From positions 62,001-126,000 of IMG/VR virus record IMGVR_UViG_3300036760_000522: a DNA stretch of 64,000 nt; one strand, given 5' to 3'. The notes below the pieces were generated by a model. The model saw only the letters and a list, made by a program, of their open reading frames with translations. It did no database searches and was not told where the DNA came from. Positions 37,878-49,140 of this stretch are shown in pieces (position 1 is the first letter of the stretch; each line of letters opens with the position of its first letter). The translations under genes were made by a program, and so were the position numbers.

Positions 37878-40800
37878 ATGGGTCTTTCGATCACAGGATT
37901 TGTCCTTGAAGGGCCTCGCGTCGGACAGTCTAACTCGCCTTTCACGCTGACGCCCAACAACTACGTCAGCAATCAAGTAGCTTTCGATGCCGCGTATCCT
38001 GCGGACGAATCTGCACCAAGGACAGAGTACCTCGTTCTAGTGCGAGATGACTTCGTAGCACCGGGTACGGGTCCCGGCGCTACGCGATCATTTGCAGACG
38101 CTTCTTTCGGTTGGACAAAAAACGAAGTCGTTCAACGTTTCGACTACCTTGGCCGAGACGGGATTTTCTGGCCACTGCCAGGCTCAACGCTCGAAGTCGT
38201 TGGTGCTGTTTCGCCTAACATCAACGTGACCAGGATCCAGGTCACGATACCTGTCAGCGCCAACTTAGTCCTGTACCCATTGCGGGTTTCGGTCGGAACA
38301 AGCAGCGGCACGACGCTCACGATCTCAATCGTTCTCGACGACTCTTCGTTCGGCACACCGCCGATCGGCACAGTCGAACTCTCTCTGAGTACAGGGAACC
38401 TGAACTGGAATGTGACGGACCTCACGACCTACGACGGACAGTCGGTACGATTTCAGAGACAGACATTTTTCACCTACGATTTGTCAACAGGTTTGATCGG
38501 AACCATTGACGACAACCTGTTACTGAATCCTTTGCCCGCGACGGGACAGTTTCCGTTAGTCAAGATTGGGTTCGGACAACACCTGACCCCAATAGAGCGC
38601 GCCAATGAGGCCGCGTTTTCACCGAATCCTGTCGCTAGTACTGTCGAGTGGGCACGGAACACAGGGCGGTTGAAACTCAATTCTGGGGACATCGCGGCGA
38701 ACACTGGTCGATCGATCTATTACGACGGTGTGCTGCTCGGGTTCGATCTTCGAATCAAAACACAGACGCTCGGAACGGTCGCTTCCCCGGGAAGCGTTTC
38801 ACCAATCCCCCCAGAAGAGAGTGACTTGTTCTTTCGAGTTTCTGGCGTTGTTCAGTTCCCGACAACTTCGTGGGTCGACACTCTAACAACTCCTGGAGAG
38901 CGAGGCGTCGTACAAGTTCGGCGATCCACAGGTCAAGTTCGGTTCTCTGACTCGGACCAAGTCACGTACGGTGCGATGACAGCCCAAGCGCTTGTCGCGG
39001 ATCTTGACATCGACCACGGAATCACGCTTCGCTTATTTCGAACACCGGTCAACCTCGACGACGCGGATTCGACGATCAAGGATGTGTCCGCGTTCTACAC
39101 GACGATTGATGCTACTTGGGCAGACCCTATCATTGCGTCCCCAACAGTTGTGCTTCCGGCTGTGCCTGTCGATACAGAGCCTTTGTTGGTGACAGTCGCA
39201 CAAGGGATAGGATCCTTTACAGGTCCTCTGCCGAGACTTGACGTACCTGCGCCCCCTGACGGGCTTGGTTACATTTTGAATTTCGAGACACGAGAGTTGC
39301 TCTTCGCTGAACACAAGACCAATGTTGTGATCCCCGCACCTGTCCCTTACGGCGCCGTTCAGTTGCCGGACCCTTTGGTCCAATCAGCGAACTTGGTTTT
39401 GGAACTAGAGACTTCACCTGGAAGCGGGATCTACGTACCACTTATCCCAGGCGAAGACGCTCTCTTTGACGCCTTGTCGGGCACAGCTACTCTGACCTCG
39501 ACGGCAGGAACCTTGATCGCACAAGGTGTAGGGGATTTCTCATTTACAACGTTCGCTGACAGCTCAGCGGACTTCGTCACAGCAGGTGTTCTTGTCGACG
39601 ACTATTTGATTGTTCTGTCTGGAGCGTCCAAAGGCATCTATCGAGTTGACTTTGTTACGAGCCCGACGTCACTTTTGACGGACGTACCTGGAGTAGTCGA
39701 AGCAGGTCTCACTTACGAGATCCGTCGAGGCGCTGAGATCTTAGCTGATCGGTTTTTGAGGTCGATCCCCCGTATTGATCCACTGACCAGTGTCGAGCGG
39801 TTACGTGAGCTGGGCGTTTGTACGAACTCCCCCCGGCTTGCCGTCGACCCTGTTTTCATCAACGTCTCGCGTTTCCGCTTCGGCACTACCACTTTTTCAA
39901 CCACAGTCACCGTTCCCAATGACGGGAGTTTCACAGCACCGACAAGCCTTCCGACGGGAACAGTGGAGGTTTCTCTCACAACAGGGAATCTGAACTTCAG
40001 TCAGGTCGATGTTGTGTCAGCGGCTGCCATATTTTGGTCGCGAGAGCTGACGTTCGACACGGATTACCTGTTACAACCTGAGACCGGTTTCATTCAGTTC
40101 ACGGAACGGATGTTATCTGAAGAGGAAGCCTTCATCACTTACCGCGACTCGGACGGAAATCTCATTCAAGAGCGCGGCGTATTCCTGGTTCGCAAGGAAT
40201 TGGTGCAAGCCCATCCAGCACCAACGAGTGTTTTGTCATTCAATCCACTTGGGCGCGAAGTCGCAAGCAATCCAGCTCCAAGAGCTTTTCGTGGTGGACG
40301 CCCTCAAACGAGTGAAGTGGCGTTCGACGTTTCGACATCAACTGTCACCTTTCAAGGATCGACAACTGTTACGGATGCACTACCTTCTGGTCCGACAATT
40401 GATCCGTCGGAAAATGTCTACATCGATTACTACGTCTATGACGCGATCGGCGGAGAGCAGAGTCTTTCGGTTCTTTCGTCGCCAATGCAGTCGTTCGCGA
40501 TAACAGTCACTGAAGGGACGACGTCCTTCGATTTAGCCGGAGATCAAACAGGCAATTTCTACCTGGACGGCTTACTGGTTATCGCTGCGTCCGAAGCCTA
40601 CTTGATCGGAACGACTGTCTACAACGCCGGTCCAAATACCACGACAATCACGCTCTTAGCGCCACAGAGTTTCCGATCTGACTTTCGCAATCCGTCAATT
40701 CAAACAAGCTCTGGGGAGTTGCCGGATCCGTACTTCATCGTTGAGTTGGGAACCTACGATCCTGTGCCCAGAGGATCGAACATCGTCCAATTCGTGAGCG

Positions 40801-43727
40801 ACGTAACAACCAACTACAAACCTGGAACGGTGACGATCTTCATAGGATCAGAACTTGACTACAACATCGTACAAAGTGCTGTTTACGATGAAGTCCTCAA
40901 TCGAACCACGGTCACAGTTTTGAGCGGTGCAAGAGAGGAGTACACATCGCAGGTTGTCGAGCGGAGTGTGCGACCTGTGTTCTCGAGTTCCACATCCCAG
41001 CTTCAGACTTCATTGAGTCCTGAGCTTTCTCAGCCGTACACGGTCTACCGTCGGGTCACAGGACAAGAGGGCACGATCTTGGTGTCTCCTGACGACTACA
41101 CGATCGACGGTGCGGGATCAATTCGCTTGGCTTCTCCTCTTGCTCTTCAAGAAGAAGTCGGGATCTTCTACACGGGCGATACCATCATCGCCGCTGGGCG
41201 TCGTTTTCGCGCTTCTTACACGTTCGCAACGACACCATCTCAACAGAATGGGTTACTCGGGCAAGTTTTGCTAGCAACGTACACAGCCTACTCTCCTGAC
41301 ACGTTCTTCTACCGCGTCGAGACGTACACCAACTTTCGAGGCGAGCTTGCGGAGCAGTATCGTGAAGACGCGACGGCTTCGGTACCGACAGGTGGTCCGG
41401 TCCTTGAAAACATGTCTTCACCTCAGCTATTCGAGCAAGGACGTGAGTCGGTTTTCTTCGAAGAGACTTACCTCACGAACGAGGACACAGTCGCTCGGCC
41501 CACACTCAAGTATTACAACGACGCGATCAACTACCTTGAGGACGTTCTGCAAGATCTGGACGGAAGAGTTGTCGGTGATCACGACGGGCGGTTCCTCTTT
41601 GACGGCCTCATCACGAACCCGCTTCGTTTGGTATTTGCCGATGTCACGAACCAAATCGACGACTTGTTCCGTGTGAGCCCTGCTCCATACTCGGTAGCGG
41701 GGCCACCATTTGTTGCAACACCTCTGGGAACGTTTCAAGAGGTGTACAAAGCCGCGCCGTTGAGTCGCTTCTACCCCACGAAACAGTCTCGGTTCGGCGT
41801 CACGGTTGTTTCAGGTTCGCCAGTGACTGGTGATCCACTACTTGACGTCGGTATCGCCAACCTACGCTCTGTCACACTGATTGAGCGCCGATCTCCGTGG
41901 GCTGTGACGACCTCGTACGCACCACTCGGGACAGCGACTTTGATCGTGGATGACGCCAACGGCGACGATACCTTGATTCGTCCGGCATTCGTGTTAGGCA
42001 TGAAAGTCGCGATCATCAGACAAGACGGGGCTGTCTTGGTTTCAGACGGCGCAGCTTTGACGGTCACAAGTGTTATTGCGACCTCGCTCGGAGTTTCCCC
42101 AGGAGTACCTGTCCCAATTCCCATCGGTTCAACGATTCGACTTTCGACGACCGACACTGTCTACCGAAAGCAATATCGACTCGGAGTTGATTTGAATGTC
42201 GATCTCGAACAAGGGCTCCTGACTTACCAAGAGGTTCTACCTGCATGGGCAGCTCTTGCACCGTCACCTCCTCTCAACGGGGAAGCTTTGGACGTTGTCG
42301 TGTCTGTCAACAACGCGTCGACTTCTCCGGACAGGTTTCCTGCACTGGACGGCAACACAGAAGACGATGACCACAACCGACAATTTCCAATCCTGACTCC
42401 GTGGGCGGACTCAGAAAACGCTCTCAACGGTTTTCTCCCAACCGAACTCAGCGTCATTCAGTCACCAAGCGGGACACTACGGTCCGCAACAACCGATCCA
42501 CTCGTTGGTACCGGAAGCCTTGACGCGACGGGCACAATCATCACCAATCTTGGGGGCCCGTGGGTCGGAACCATACCAAGTGTTCACGATCTCACTGAAA
42601 TTAGGACCGGACCCAACGGACCTTCGACGTTCCGTAGGATCACGGCTGTAGGTGGCTCTACAGTGACCGTAGCCGATGCTTTCGCTTCGGCTCCTGACAC
42701 GGGTTTCACCTTCTCCGTAACCGTCTCAGTGACCCTCGAGACAGGCACGGGCACGGTATCTCCTGTGACCACACTGACCGATGTGCTTGCGACCTTCATC
42801 ACCAACGGCGTCTTGCCAGGGCACACGGTTGTCGTCACATCAGGTGCCAACGTAGGGCTCCGGAGACAGGTCACAGTAGTCACTAGTGAAACGGTTTTGC
42901 AAGTCGCGGCTTTTCCAACTACCGATGTCGGAACCTACCGTGTGGAAAACCCTCTCGAAACCTTTGGCGGGGTCAACTCGCTTGTCACCACGACGCTCAT
43001 TCCTGCACTGTCAGGAGAAACAGCTGTTCTGAGCACCAACCTATCCCCGTTGGCCGAGATCCCTGCAACGGACGCGTTCTTCAACTCTGTGTTCCTGGAC
43101 ATTGTGACCGGAGTCAACGGGGTAAGCAGTACATCGACGTTCACTTCAGCCGGATCGCTGTTTGTCTCGTCTGATGTTCTGACGACTGACTATCTGTTCG
43201 TGAGATCAGGACCGGTAGCAGGTGTCTACCAAATTCAATCCGTCACTTCAGAAACGACTCTCGTGATTACCGGCACCTTTCCGGTCAATACGTCTGGGAT
43301 TGTGTTTCGAATCGTACGAACCGTGAACGTGTCTCGAGGACCGCTTCAAAGTATCCTCGATTCCGTTCTGGCGGCCGAAGCCTTCCTCGCTACTATTTCT
43401 CCGTTTCAATCGCTCGTCACGACACTGGTGGCCGTGGCAGGGGATTCCGGCGCACGTGCGACTCGTCTTTTGACTACAGATCTTGATGCCAGAGAAGCAG
43501 CTATCGTGATCAGACAAGCACAAGTTGCGACTTCTGTAACAGAAATCCAAGAAGAGCTCACTTCAGTGGATAGGCTCTACGATACTCGATTCGTGTGGAT
43601 CGACGCTAGAATCAACCTAGCAACAGGTGTCTTAGCCGAACGCGACATGGCACGAAATCGTCGAGTCCAAAATCAAATCGAAGTCGTAAACTCTTTGCGC
43701 AAGCTTCTATCTGTGGAGTCACTATGA
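37878..43727 (+). CDS. Large baseplate/tail structural protein (1949 aa)
   Basis: T/V/S-rich beta composition; recurring GTVExSxxTGxLxF and Fxx.GV..GD...SG...G.Y modules. Confidence 0.7.
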   Translation: MGLSITGFVLEGPRVGQSNSPFTLTPNNYVSNQVAFDAAYPADESAPRTEYLVLVRDDFVAPGTGPGATRSFADASFGWTKNEVVQRFDYLGRDGIFWPLPGSTLEVVGAVSPNINVTRIQVTIPVSANLVLYPLRVSVGTSSGTTLTISIVLDDSSFGTPPIGTVELSLSTGNLNWNVTDLTTYDGQSVRFQRQTFFTYDLSTGLIGTIDDNLLLNPLPATGQFPLVKIGFGQHLTPIERANEAAFSPNPVASTVEWARNTGRLKLNSGDIAANTGRSIYYDGVLLGFDLRIKTQTLGTVASPGSVSPIPPEESDLFFRVSGVVQFPTTSWVDTLTTPGERGVVQVRRSTGQVRFSDSDQVTYGAMTAQALVADLDIDHGITLRLFRTPVNLDDADSTIKDVSAFYTTIDATWADPIIASPTVVLPAVPVDTEPLLVTVAQGIGSFTGPLPRLDVPAPPDGLGYILNFETRELLFAEHKTNVVIPAPVPYGAVQLPDPLVQSANLVLELETSPGSGIYVPLIPGEDALFDALSGTATLTSTAGTLIAQGVGDFSFTTFADSSADFVTAGVLVDDYLIVLSGASKGIYRVDFVTSPTSLLTDVPGVVEAGLTYEIRRGAEILADRFLRSIPRIDPLTSVERLRELGVCTNSPRLAVDPVFINVSRFRFGTTTFSTTVTVPNDGSFTAPTSLPTGTVEVSLTTGNLNFSQVDVVSAAAIFWSRELTFDTDYLLQPETGFIQFTERMLSEEEAFITYRDSDGNLIQERGVFLVRKELVQAHPAPTSVLSFNPLGREVASNPAPRAFRGGRPQTSEVAFDVSTSTVTFQGSTTVTDALPSGPTIDPSENVYIDYYVYDAIGGEQSLSVLSSPMQSFAITVTEGTTSFDLAGDQTGNFYLDGLLVIAASEAYLIGTTVYNAGPNTTTITLLAPQSFRSDFRNPSIQTSSGELPDPYFIVELGTYDPVPRGSNIVQFVSDVTTNYKPGTVTIFIGSELDYNIVQSAVYDEVLNRTTVTVLSGAREEYTSQVVERSVRPVFSSSTSQLQTSLSPELSQPYTVYRRVTGQEGTILVSPDDYTIDGAGSIRLASPLALQEEVGIFYTGDTIIAAGRRFRASYTFATTPSQQNGLLGQVLLATYTAYSPDTFFYRVETYTNFRGELAEQYREDATASVPTGGPVLENMSSPQLFEQGRESVFFEETYLTNEDTVARPTLKYYNDAINYLEDVLQDLDGRVVGDHDGRFLFDGLITNPLRLVFADVTNQIDDLFRVSPAPYSVAGPPFVATPLGTFQEVYKAAPLSRFYPTKQSRFGVTVVSGSPVTGDPLLDVGIANLRSVTLIERRSPWAVTTSYAPLGTATLIVDDANGDDTLIRPAFVLGMKVAIIRQDGAVLVSDGAALTVTSVIATSLGVSPGVPVPIPIGSTIRLSTTDTVYRKQYRLGVDLNVDLEQGLLTYQEVLPAWAALAPSPPLNGEALDVVVSVNNASTSPDRFPALDGNTEDDDHNRQFPILTPWADSENALNGFLPTELSVIQSPSGTLRSATTDPLVGTGSLDATGTIITNLGGPWVGTIPSVHDLTEIRTGPNGPSTFRRITAVGGSTVTVADAFASAPDTGFTFSVTVSVTLETGTGTVSPVTTLTDVLATFITNGVLPGHTVVVTSGANVGLRRQVTVVTSETVLQVAAFPTTDVGTYRVENPLETFGGVNSLVTTTLIPALSGETAVLSTNLSPLAEIPATDAFFNSVFLDIVTGVNGVSSTSTFTSAGSLFVSSDVLTTDYLFVRSGPVAGVYQIQSVTSETTLVITGTFPVNTSGIVFRIVRTVNVSRGPLQSILDSVLAAEAFLATISPFQSLVTTLVAVAGDSGARATRLLTTDLDAREAAIVIRQAQVATSVTEIQEELTSVDRLYDTRFVWIDARINLATGVLAERDMARNRRVQNQIEVVNSLRKLLSVESL

Positions 43728-43746
43728 CCAAACACAGCCCGGATGC

Positions 43747-43974
43747 GTGGGTGAAGCTTGGAGGGGTGAACATCTTCTTTCTGGTGCAACAGGTGATCGG
43801 TTGACTGTACCAGAAAGTAAAGACCCTCCCAAGGCCAAGACTGCTTGGGAATACAAGGAACGGCTACGTGTCCAAGCCGAAATGGCGAAAGTCATCCGGG
43901 CAGCAATTGGTGCTACCAAGGCAGAACTCGAGTCAACTAGGCGTAAACTACGAAAGATGACGTACGGCGCTTAA
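43747..43974 (+). CDS. Small coiled-coil protein
   Basis: Stop abuts the next ATG. Confidence 0.45.
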   Translation: MGEAWRGEHLLSGATGDRLTVPESKDPPKAKTAWEYKERLRVQAEMAKVIRAAIGATKAELESTRRKLRKMTYGA

Positions 43975-46188
43975 ATGGCCGATTGGCAACCACTCGAATT
44001 CAAGCTGCCAGCCAAGGATCTCCTTGAGCCGACACGCGAAGCGCTTGAGATTTTACTGCTCTACCTCGAGGTCCTCAAGGCCATCCTCGACACTGTCAAA
44101 GTCTTACTGGTTGATTTCGGAAATCCTGTAAAAGCGCTTGTCGAAGCACTGATCCGTCTCATCGAAGAGTTGTTCCTGTCCCTGAAGACAGCCGGGGTCT
44201 TTGCCTACTTCGATATCCCTGATCCTACAACTGATCCGAATTTCAACCGCTTCCACGGCGGGTTTGAGGCCTTTGTCGAACGCTTCAAAGCGAGTCTCTA
44301 CGATTCCAAAGACTTCAATCGTCCACAACCAAGAGCGGGCTCGTCAAGCGGTTTCGTTCTCCTGGTCGTCGATGCATCTTCGCCTTTCGCACTAATTGCC
44401 AGGATCAAGCAACTTCTGCGCTTCTTTGGGCGGGAGTTCACTTGTCCAAGATATGAAGCCCCCGGCAACCTAAGGGCGATACCTGTCGGCACATCAGGTG
44501 ATCCGATCTTGGCGGTAGCTAAGATCTTCACCGATGGACCCATTGAAGCAATTGAGCTTCAATGGTCGTTGCCGACAAATATCGAAACCCCAGACCCTGG
44601 GTTCACTGACGTTGTTACCAAAGTAGCGAGAGAATTCGTTCCACCCAAATGGTTGGTCGAACGTTCAACCTCCAACCCAGCTTCACAGTCGAAACTAGAC
44701 ATCACTGATCTCGGGGCACCAAACAAAGTCGGGTTAGTAGAGTTCAAACGACAGCTTTTCATCGCTGTCGAGTCCGAGGCATTCAATACGCCAGTCACAC
44801 GCGTCGAGCCTCTTCGCGACGAGTATGGGGACCAGGTCATCAAGTTTGAGACTTATCAGATACTGGATGTTTTCTCCTTTCCGTCGCTCCTAGGTCAACT
44901 GGGAAGATTTCGTTGGATCGACTCAAACGTTAAAGAAAACACCACTTACTACTACCGTGTGCGAGCCTTGTCAGGAGACTTGAAGGTCATCGGTGATCAG
45001 ATGGCCTTTCCGCTAAGTGTCGGGCAGCTGACTTTCTCGTTTGAAACTGACGGGCCTATCATGGCTTGGCCGTCTTCCTCTGGGGACTCGGTCGTGATGG
45101 GCAAGCCCTCCGGAATCATTTCCGCAACCGTCCCACGGCACATTGATCCCGCAACGTTCGATGTCGTAGGCAACCTACAAAACCTGTTCTTGTCGGCGTT
45201 CACGCTTGATTTTCATCTCGAGCTGTCAGAGCTGGCTACGTTCGATACAAACGGCAATCCTACGGGAGATACAACCGCTGAGGAAGTTGGACGCGGATCC
45301 TTAGTCGACCAAGCTAGCTCCTTGGCTTACCGGTCTGAATCCGTCAATCAAGCCTTGCGAGCTACTCCGACCGTCAACGAAGCTTTTCAGCCAAGTGGGA
45401 TCACTAACCTCTATCCGGAACTGCCTTGGCAAAATTCGTCTTTGCGTCGGCTAGCAAAGCGACTCGCCAATGTATGTGCAAGCGCGCTTTTGGAATCAGG
45501 TTTCGACGCCCTCACTGGGTTTCGAAGCATCATGCAAGGGTCGTTACCTAGAGGCCCAGTTACGACCTATCCGTTTGATACCAATCTTGAGTCTATCACC
45601 AAACAGTTCACGGCCGTGAGTGAGCTTGAAGTGACAGTCGGCAATACGGTTACACCAGAAGGCACAGTTACGCTCAACAGTGCTGAGAACTTTACCAAGG
45701 GGTACGTCGACACAACGCTTCGACACAACGTTATTGCCGCAGTTGAATACGTGAAGGTCTTCACGCTGGGCGGTTCCCCTGTCGACTGGATCTCGGTCGT
45801 GCCACTCCGGGATATCGTACCGTGGAGCGGGCAATTGATCTACGATTTGCTAGCCAAGGTACAAGCGCTCCTCGACGCATTCAAAGGAGTGTTCGACGAG
45901 ATCAACGCCTTCATCGCGCTCCTAGAGAGGAAGATCCAAGCACTCGAACGGTTCCTTGAGTTTCTGATCAACATCTTGAACCTCATCGAGAGTTTGCAGA
46001 TCGGGGCCTACATGTTGTTCGTCGTAGACGTGTCTGATACGACTTCGTGGGTCAACGCAATCGATTCTGCTGGAGGCACCCCGCCACCAAAAAACCCTGG
46101 AGGGTATTCAGCCGGGATCTCATTCGCCTATTCTGGAACAGACGTTGTGGCGTTCAAAACCGCGTTCTCTCTGATTTTTGGTGCGTAG
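43975..46188 (+). CDS. Structural protein with an FN3-like domain between helical termini
   Basis: APGNL...IELQWSLP...TTYYYRVRA. Confidence 0.6.
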   Translation: MADWQPLEFKLPAKDLLEPTREALEILLLYLEVLKAILDTVKVLLVDFGNPVKALVEALIRLIEELFLSLKTAGVFAYFDIPDPTTDPNFNRFHGGFEAFVERFKASLYDSKDFNRPQPRAGSSSGFVLLVVDASSPFALIARIKQLLRFFGREFTCPRYEAPGNLRAIPVGTSGDPILAVAKIFTDGPIEAIELQWSLPTNIETPDPGFTDVVTKVAREFVPPKWLVERSTSNPASQSKLDITDLGAPNKVGLVEFKRQLFIAVESEAFNTPVTRVEPLRDEYGDQVIKFETYQILDVFSFPSLLGQLGRFRWIDSNVKENTTYYYRVRALSGDLKVIGDQMAFPLSVGQLTFSFETDGPIMAWPSSSGDSVVMGKPSGIISATVPRHIDPATFDVVGNLQNLFLSAFTLDFHLELSELATFDTNGNPTGDTTAEEVGRGSLVDQASSLAYRSESVNQALRATPTVNEAFQPSGITNLYPELPWQNSSLRRLAKRLANVCASALLESGFDALTGFRSIMQGSLPRGPVTTYPFDTNLESITKQFTAVSELEVTVGNTVTPEGTVTLNSAENFTKGYVDTTLRHNVIAAVEYVKVFTLGGSPVDWISVVPLRDIVPWSGQLIYDLLAKVQALLDAFKGVFDEINAFIALLERKIQALERFLEFLINILNLIESLQIGAYMLFVVDVSDTTSWVNAIDSAGGTPPPKNPGGYSAGISFAYSGTDVVAFKTAFSLIFGA

Positions 46189-46215
46189 TATTTGACATTT
46201 TAGGTGCGATCTGCG

Positions 46216-46410
46216 ATGGCCCATCTTCGTGAACTCCCGAAGCCTGAGTGTCGCAAGTGCAAGCGTGGCGCCCGCTACGCCTTGTACAACTACGTCAACG
46301 CTTGCCAAGGCGAGTACTGTTCGAGTTGTGCAAAAAAGGCTCTCAAAGAACACCAAGAATTTGAGAGGGTAGCGGCGGAGCTTCGGAGGAAGGGTACACA
46401 TGACTTTTAG
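46216..46410 (+). CDS. Small zinc-finger protein
   Basis: CRKC and CSSC pairs. Confidence 0.5.
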   Translation: MAHLRELPKPECRKCKRGARYALYNYVNACQGEYCSSCAKKALKEHQEFERVAAELRRKGTHDF

Positions 46411-47551
46411 TGCCGTCATTTCCAAGTCATCGATCTTAGTTTTCACAGTTCTGCTGGCCTGTACTACGAAGGTCGCAACTAAGACCCCCGCAACGCCAAA
46501 GAATCTGTCTGTCAAAGACGTGGCGGCACAATCTCAGAGTGCCGTTGTCTTGATCATCGCACGCAAACCTAACGGATCATCTTCAGTTGGTAGTGGTTTT
46601 CATATAGGGGGCGGATTTGTCGCGACAAACTATCACGTGATTTCCGGGTGTGATGTAGTTGCCCTTGTCAAAGGCGAGGATGAACCTGTAGGCGCTGAAA
46701 GTGTAGTTGCTTACAATCAGGTCGCTGACCTCGCACTCTTGGGAGTCGAAGCCGCACGTGAATGGCCAGCGCTCAAACTAGGAGAGACAAACGATCTCCA
46801 TCCTGGAGATCGTTTGGTTGTTCTAGGCAACCCGCAGGGGTTGGTCGCGTCTGTGTCCGACGGCATTCTGAGCGCACAACGTGACACCAACGGTGTGTCC
46901 CTATTACAACTGACGGCACCCATTTCTCACGGCTCTTCTGGAGGACCTGTTTTAGACCTACGTGGCGAAGTCGTGGGAGTAACCACCTTCTATTTGACCG
47001 GTGGTCAGTCTTTGAATTTCGCAGTTTCCGTGGATGAATTACGGGGACTCACCTACGACCCTGTATCCATCGAAGACTTCGGGACTCGCACTTCTGAGCC
47101 AGCCGAAACCACAACAGTCGCAAGTCAAGAAGTTGTGAAGTCCTCAACACCTACTTGGTTAGAAACCTACCTTCCAGCAGTGCTGCTCAACGCAGCAAGT
47201 CAGAACAAGTCAGAAGCCAAACGGCTCTGCACGTACTTCGTTGGTGCTGAGGACAAGACTAACGTCTTCAAGAAGTCAACAGGAAGATCCGGGTGCTACT
47301 ACTACGTGGACGACCGAAAACATCACATAGTTTTCGCGTACAAGAAGGACATCATCACAGAAGTCGCACACATTTGGCAATGCCTCGATCCCGAACAAGT
47401 AGCTACAAACCTGACGTCTGAGCTGAACCAAAGACCTGAGGTTGGCACCAATTCCGACCACAATAACGTGTGGCAATGGACTTACAATGACGGGTACTTG
47501 TGGGTGTCAACTGACGAAAATGGTTGTGGGGTTCATTGGGAAATTAGATAG
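46400..47551 (+). CDS. Trypsin-like (HtrA-type, no PDZ) serine protease lipoprotein
   Basis: Lipobox-like LLAC; GSGF, TNYHV, DLALL, ISHGSSGGP catalytic motifs. Confidence 0.88.
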   Translation: MTFSAVISKSSILVFTVLLACTTKVATKTPATPKNLSVKDVAAQSQSAVVLIIARKPNGSSSVGSGFHIGGGFVATNYHVISGCDVVALVKGEDEPVGAESVVAYNQVADLALLGVEAAREWPALKLGETNDLHPGDRLVVLGNPQGLVASVSDGILSAQRDTNGVSLLQLTAPISHGSSGGPVLDLRGEVVGVTTFYLTGGQSLNFAVSVDELRGLTYDPVSIEDFGTRTSEPAETTTVASQEVVKSSTPTWLETYLPAVLLNAASQNKSEAKRLCTYFVGAEDKTNVFKKSTGRSGCYYYVDDRKHHIVFAYKKDIITEVAHIWQCLDPEQVATNLTSELNQRPEVGTNSDHNNVWQWTYNDGYLWVSTDENGCGVHWEIR

Positions 47552-47583
47552 CACTGCCCCGTGATCTCGGAGAAAAGGAACAC

Positions 47584-47802
47584 ATGACTTCTAGAGGCGT
47601 GATCAGAATCAAACAGCACGGTGTCGTCACCGAAACTGAAACCCGATACGCCCCAGCCAACTCGGTATGGCTTCTGGATCGGGACGAACCTGAACCTGTC
47701 GTGAAGAAGTTGGTTGGTGACGAGTTCGTTTCAGTGCGTGAATTGTGGCCTTGGCTGTTTGAGGATGAGAATGTTCCGATCGAACTACTAAAAATCGGCT
47801 GA
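47584..47802 (+). CDS. Hypothetical protein
   Basis: RBS-like AAGGAA before ATG. Confidence 0.45.
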   Translation: MTSRGVIRIKQHGVVTETETRYAPANSVWLLDRDEPEPVVKKLVGDEFVSVRELWPWLFEDENVPIELLKIG

Positions 47803-48597
47803 GTGATCTTCGCCAACAATCGGCTGATTGGTTTTTTTGCCGAGCCGGTCGCGATCCTGGACGCCGTCCCAATACGATCGGTAGTCCTCGTAGTAGTATG
47901 TGGACAGCTTCCACTTCATCGTGTCGAGGATCCGATTGATGGGATCATTGGGCCGATAGTCGTCACGGAAAATGAATCGGATCTGAAACAACGTGTGTGC
48001 GGGTCTGATGACGTCGAGGATGATCCGCAGGCTCGACTGAAGATCAAAGATCTCTGGAGGGAACCCGCCCGTCAACTCGATGTTGATCTGGAACCCGAAC
48101 TGATCTGAGATGTCGAGGCCTGACGCTCCGGCTCGAACCAGTAGGAAGTTCTCGAGGATCGTGAAGTCTTCTTGGATGAAAAGAGCTGTCGCGTCCGCCA
48201 TCGACTTGGGAATGGAGCCTTGAAAATAGATCCGGATCAGATTCAGCAGAAAGGTGCGGAAAGCTTGGTCGTCGAACTCGATTGGGGGCAGTTGGTTGTT
48301 GAGGAAAACGAGGTACCCGATCATGCTGTAGAGGAACTCGCTTCGCGTTCTCGTGTAGTCACGATCTGTATCAACGTCTTCTAGTGCAAGCTCGATTCGC
48401 GCGATCTCGACAGCAACAGCCTTGAGCTCTATCGTGTAATTCGGTCCGGCCACAGCAGAAATGTAATTGCTGGGCAATAAATCTAGTAGGGCCGAGAAGA
48501 CAGCTTGTGCCCGTTGGAGTAGACGTAAATTGTACTCTTTTCCGCGCCTAACCACTGAATAATTAACACGGTTTTTGTCAATAGTAAAGCGAGCCAC
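47788..48597 (-). CDS. Baseplate wedge protein (P2 gpI-like)
   Basis: LDLLPSNY...ILDVIRPAHT; downstream of the J-like gene. Confidence 0.7.
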   Translation of the reverse strand: MARFTIDKNRVNYSVVRRGKEYNLRLLQRAQAVFSALLDLLPSNYISAVAGPNYTIELKAVAVEIARIELALEDVDTDRDYTRTRSEFLYSMIGYLVFLNNQLPPIEFDDQAFRTFLLNLIRIYFQGSIPKSMADATALFIQEDFTILENFLLVRAGASGLDISDQFGFQINIELTGGFPPEIFDLQSSLRIILDVIRPAHTLFQIRFIFRDDYRPNDPINRILDTMKWKLSTYYYEDYRSYWDGVQDRDRLGKKTNQPIVGEDHSADF

Positions 48598-49136
48598 TAG
48601 AAAAGCGCCTCCTCTCTGGCTCGTCTCAATCTGAATGCTATGCCGGCCATCGACAGACCAAGCTCTGAAGCGATTTGTTTTTTGGTTTTTCCGTTCGCAC
48701 GCAGCACCAAAATCGCAGAGGTAGCTACAGACCTTTTTGAAGCAGGAACGCCTAGCGTCCTCATCCTCTGGGACACTTTGCGTCCAAACTCTTCCCCTAA
48801 ACGGTATCCGCTTGAACTCTTACCGCCGTCCGCCAGGTTGGTCAACCGGTCCCCTCGTATCCGGGCATCACGAATCAACTGGATCTCCAACGCGTCTAAC
48901 TCCTCGTGCGTGGAAGCTGTTCCTAAAATCTTGACTGTGGGTTTCAACTGCAACTGACGTAGAGACGCTAACCAACACTTACAATGAGATTTGGATACAC
49001 GAAGGTTATGGGCTGAAAGATGGTACCCGATTCGGTTCTTTAGCAGTTGTACAGTCTGACCGACGTACCTAAGTTCATCTGTACGCGGATCACACAGACC
49101 GTAGACCGTTCCGCATAATGCTTTTTCGCGTGCCAA
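48597..49136 (-). CDS. Free-standing GIY-YIG homing endonuclease
   Basis: VYGLCDPR...RYVGQT...R...H, LEIQLI, LTNLADGG, C-terminal HTH. Confidence 0.85.
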   Translation of the reverse strand: MAREKALCGTVYGLCDPRTDELRYVGQTVQLLKNRIGYHLSAHNLRVSKSHCKCWLASLRQLQLKPTVKILGTASTHEELDALEIQLIRDARIRGDRLTNLADGGKSSSGYRLGEEFGRKVSQRMRTLGVPASKRSVATSAILVLRANGKTKKQIASELGLSMAGIAFRLRRAREEALF

Positions 49137-49140
49137 AACT